A DNA stretch of 64,000 nt from Phallusia mammillata (lineage: Eukaryota): contig OZ281498.1 of the NCBI GenBank assembly GCA_965637545.1, positions 434,001 through 498,000 of the forward strand, read 5' to 3'. The notes under the pieces were generated by a model, which was not told the DNA's origin, did not search any database, and saw nothing but the letters and a program-made list of their open reading frames with translations. Positions 57,466 to 64,000 of the stretch are shown here, piece by piece (position 1 is the first letter of the stretch; each line of letters begins with the position of its first letter). A program made the translations under genes and the position numbers.

Positions 57466-58245
57466 TCTTATACGATTGTTCTACCAAAGCACTATTTTAA
57501 AGTTTGTGTCTAAATGCGTAAAAATTAGAGAAAACAACAACAGGACAACAAAGATTTACGTTTCGCGCCTTTTCGACAGATGTTGTGTTATTATTATTAA
57601 AGTGAGCGTATAGACGAGGCTGTATTTAACGAAGACGCAAATTTTACTGGGTTTTGCTTTAAAATTGCATTTATATCAATTCACTACAGTTTTTGTTTTT
57701 GTTTGCCTTAATAAGGTAACGGCGAAAACGTCAAAAATTTCTCACAAATTGCACAAACACGTTGTAATTCCAACAGCGCACTTCACTATGTTTATTTAAC
57801 AATCAGTTTATCTAACAGGCCAACAAGCTGACAAACCTCACCCACTGACCACATAAAATCGAGTCATCCAACTAAACCCACCCTAAACCCGATTAGCTGC
57901 TTCCCTCCACTCATGCGTGTCCAAGAATGTCACCCATTGTTTGAAGGCGCAGTGATGTGACGTCACAAGTGTTTTTCTGCAAGACTTGTTAGCTTTGGTA
58001 ACGCCCACTATTTCCGCCTGACCAAAAAAAATTAACTAAATGCAAAGCGTTACGATATGTTGAATAAAGTTTGTTGGAAAACAATTTACATGACTTTGCA
58101 CCGTAGATGTGCAATGCGTAATGTTACGGATTAAAAACACAAATTTCACCATGAATTTTTTTTATTTCCATTCAAAAACATTTTAAATCCCATAAACCTC
58201 AGCCACAACAAATTAACAATTACATATTCCGGTTTCATCTGCAGC

Positions 58246-63493
<5,248 letters not shown>

Positions 63494-63506
63494 TTATGGT
63501 AATAAT

Positions 63507-63911
63507 TAGTGGTGCACCGAACCCTGCCTCGGGCCGAAACCGAATATTCAGCCACAAGGTCGAATAAATTCTGCCGAATCAGGCCGAACCTAAATGCCCC
63601 TTTCTGATCGATGTTTTCAACTAATTCTTGTGTTGTTGATACAAGTGAACTGGTTTATGTCAATCCAAAATCACTTTCACAATGCTTTAATATTTTGCAG
63701 ACAAATATAGGCTCGTATTTTTTTGGTGGAAACAATTAGTTAATTTATGATAATCATATTGGCAATATTGTCATTTGAGGCATTAATTTCATACAATCAA
63801 AAAGTTCGGTTTCGCCTGAATTTTTGAAAAGGTTCGGGCCAAAACCGAAACATTGGAAAACGGCATATTCAGCCGAAATGTTCAGGCAACCGAAGCTTCG
63901 GTACATCACTG
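63507..63911. mobile_element. Decayed hAT-type MITE in a chitinase intron
   Basis: Imperfect TIR TAGTGGTGCACCGAA/TTCGGTACATCACTG; TSD GTAATAAT/GTAAAAAT (7/8 match); many GCCGAA/TTCGG subterminal motifs. Confidence 0.8.
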
Positions 63912-64000
63912 GTAAAAATAGTGGGTTCCCTCACATGCCTTACGATATAAACGTTCATTAGTTCAAGGTTTTGGTTAAATTAGAAGTTAGAGTACATGCT

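Overview
This is eukaryotic (animal) genomic DNA with spliceosomal GT-AG introns, not prokaryotic. Very short introns, frequent TGACGTCA motifs and the myosin exon structure suggest a compact invertebrate-chordate genome, probably an ascidian (inference; species not determinable). Left to right: (1) a 7-exon secreted protein with LPMO-like histidine-brace hallmarks, a P/T-rich linker and a possible CBM2-like tail (176-2402, +); (2) three tandem ~12-kb copies of a sarcomeric class II myosin heavy chain gene (minus strand); (3) an ~8-kb spacer with hAT-type MITEs, tRNA-derived SINE fragments and a spliced-looking repeated-exon unit; (4) a fourth, inverted myosin copy that is near-identical from the ATG to the penultimate exon, introns included, but has its own promoter, 5' exon and last exon; (5) a predicted single-pass membrane protein with a cytoplasmic plakin-repeat domain (57465-52356, -); (6) the 3' part of a GH18 chitinase with two CBM14 domains (-). 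The top novelty candidates are the LPMO-like gene, the membrane-anchored mini-plakin, and concerted evolution of the myosin cluster with a divergent island in the first IQ motif. Exon models were assembled by hand from splice signals and reading-frame phase; no database search was possible.
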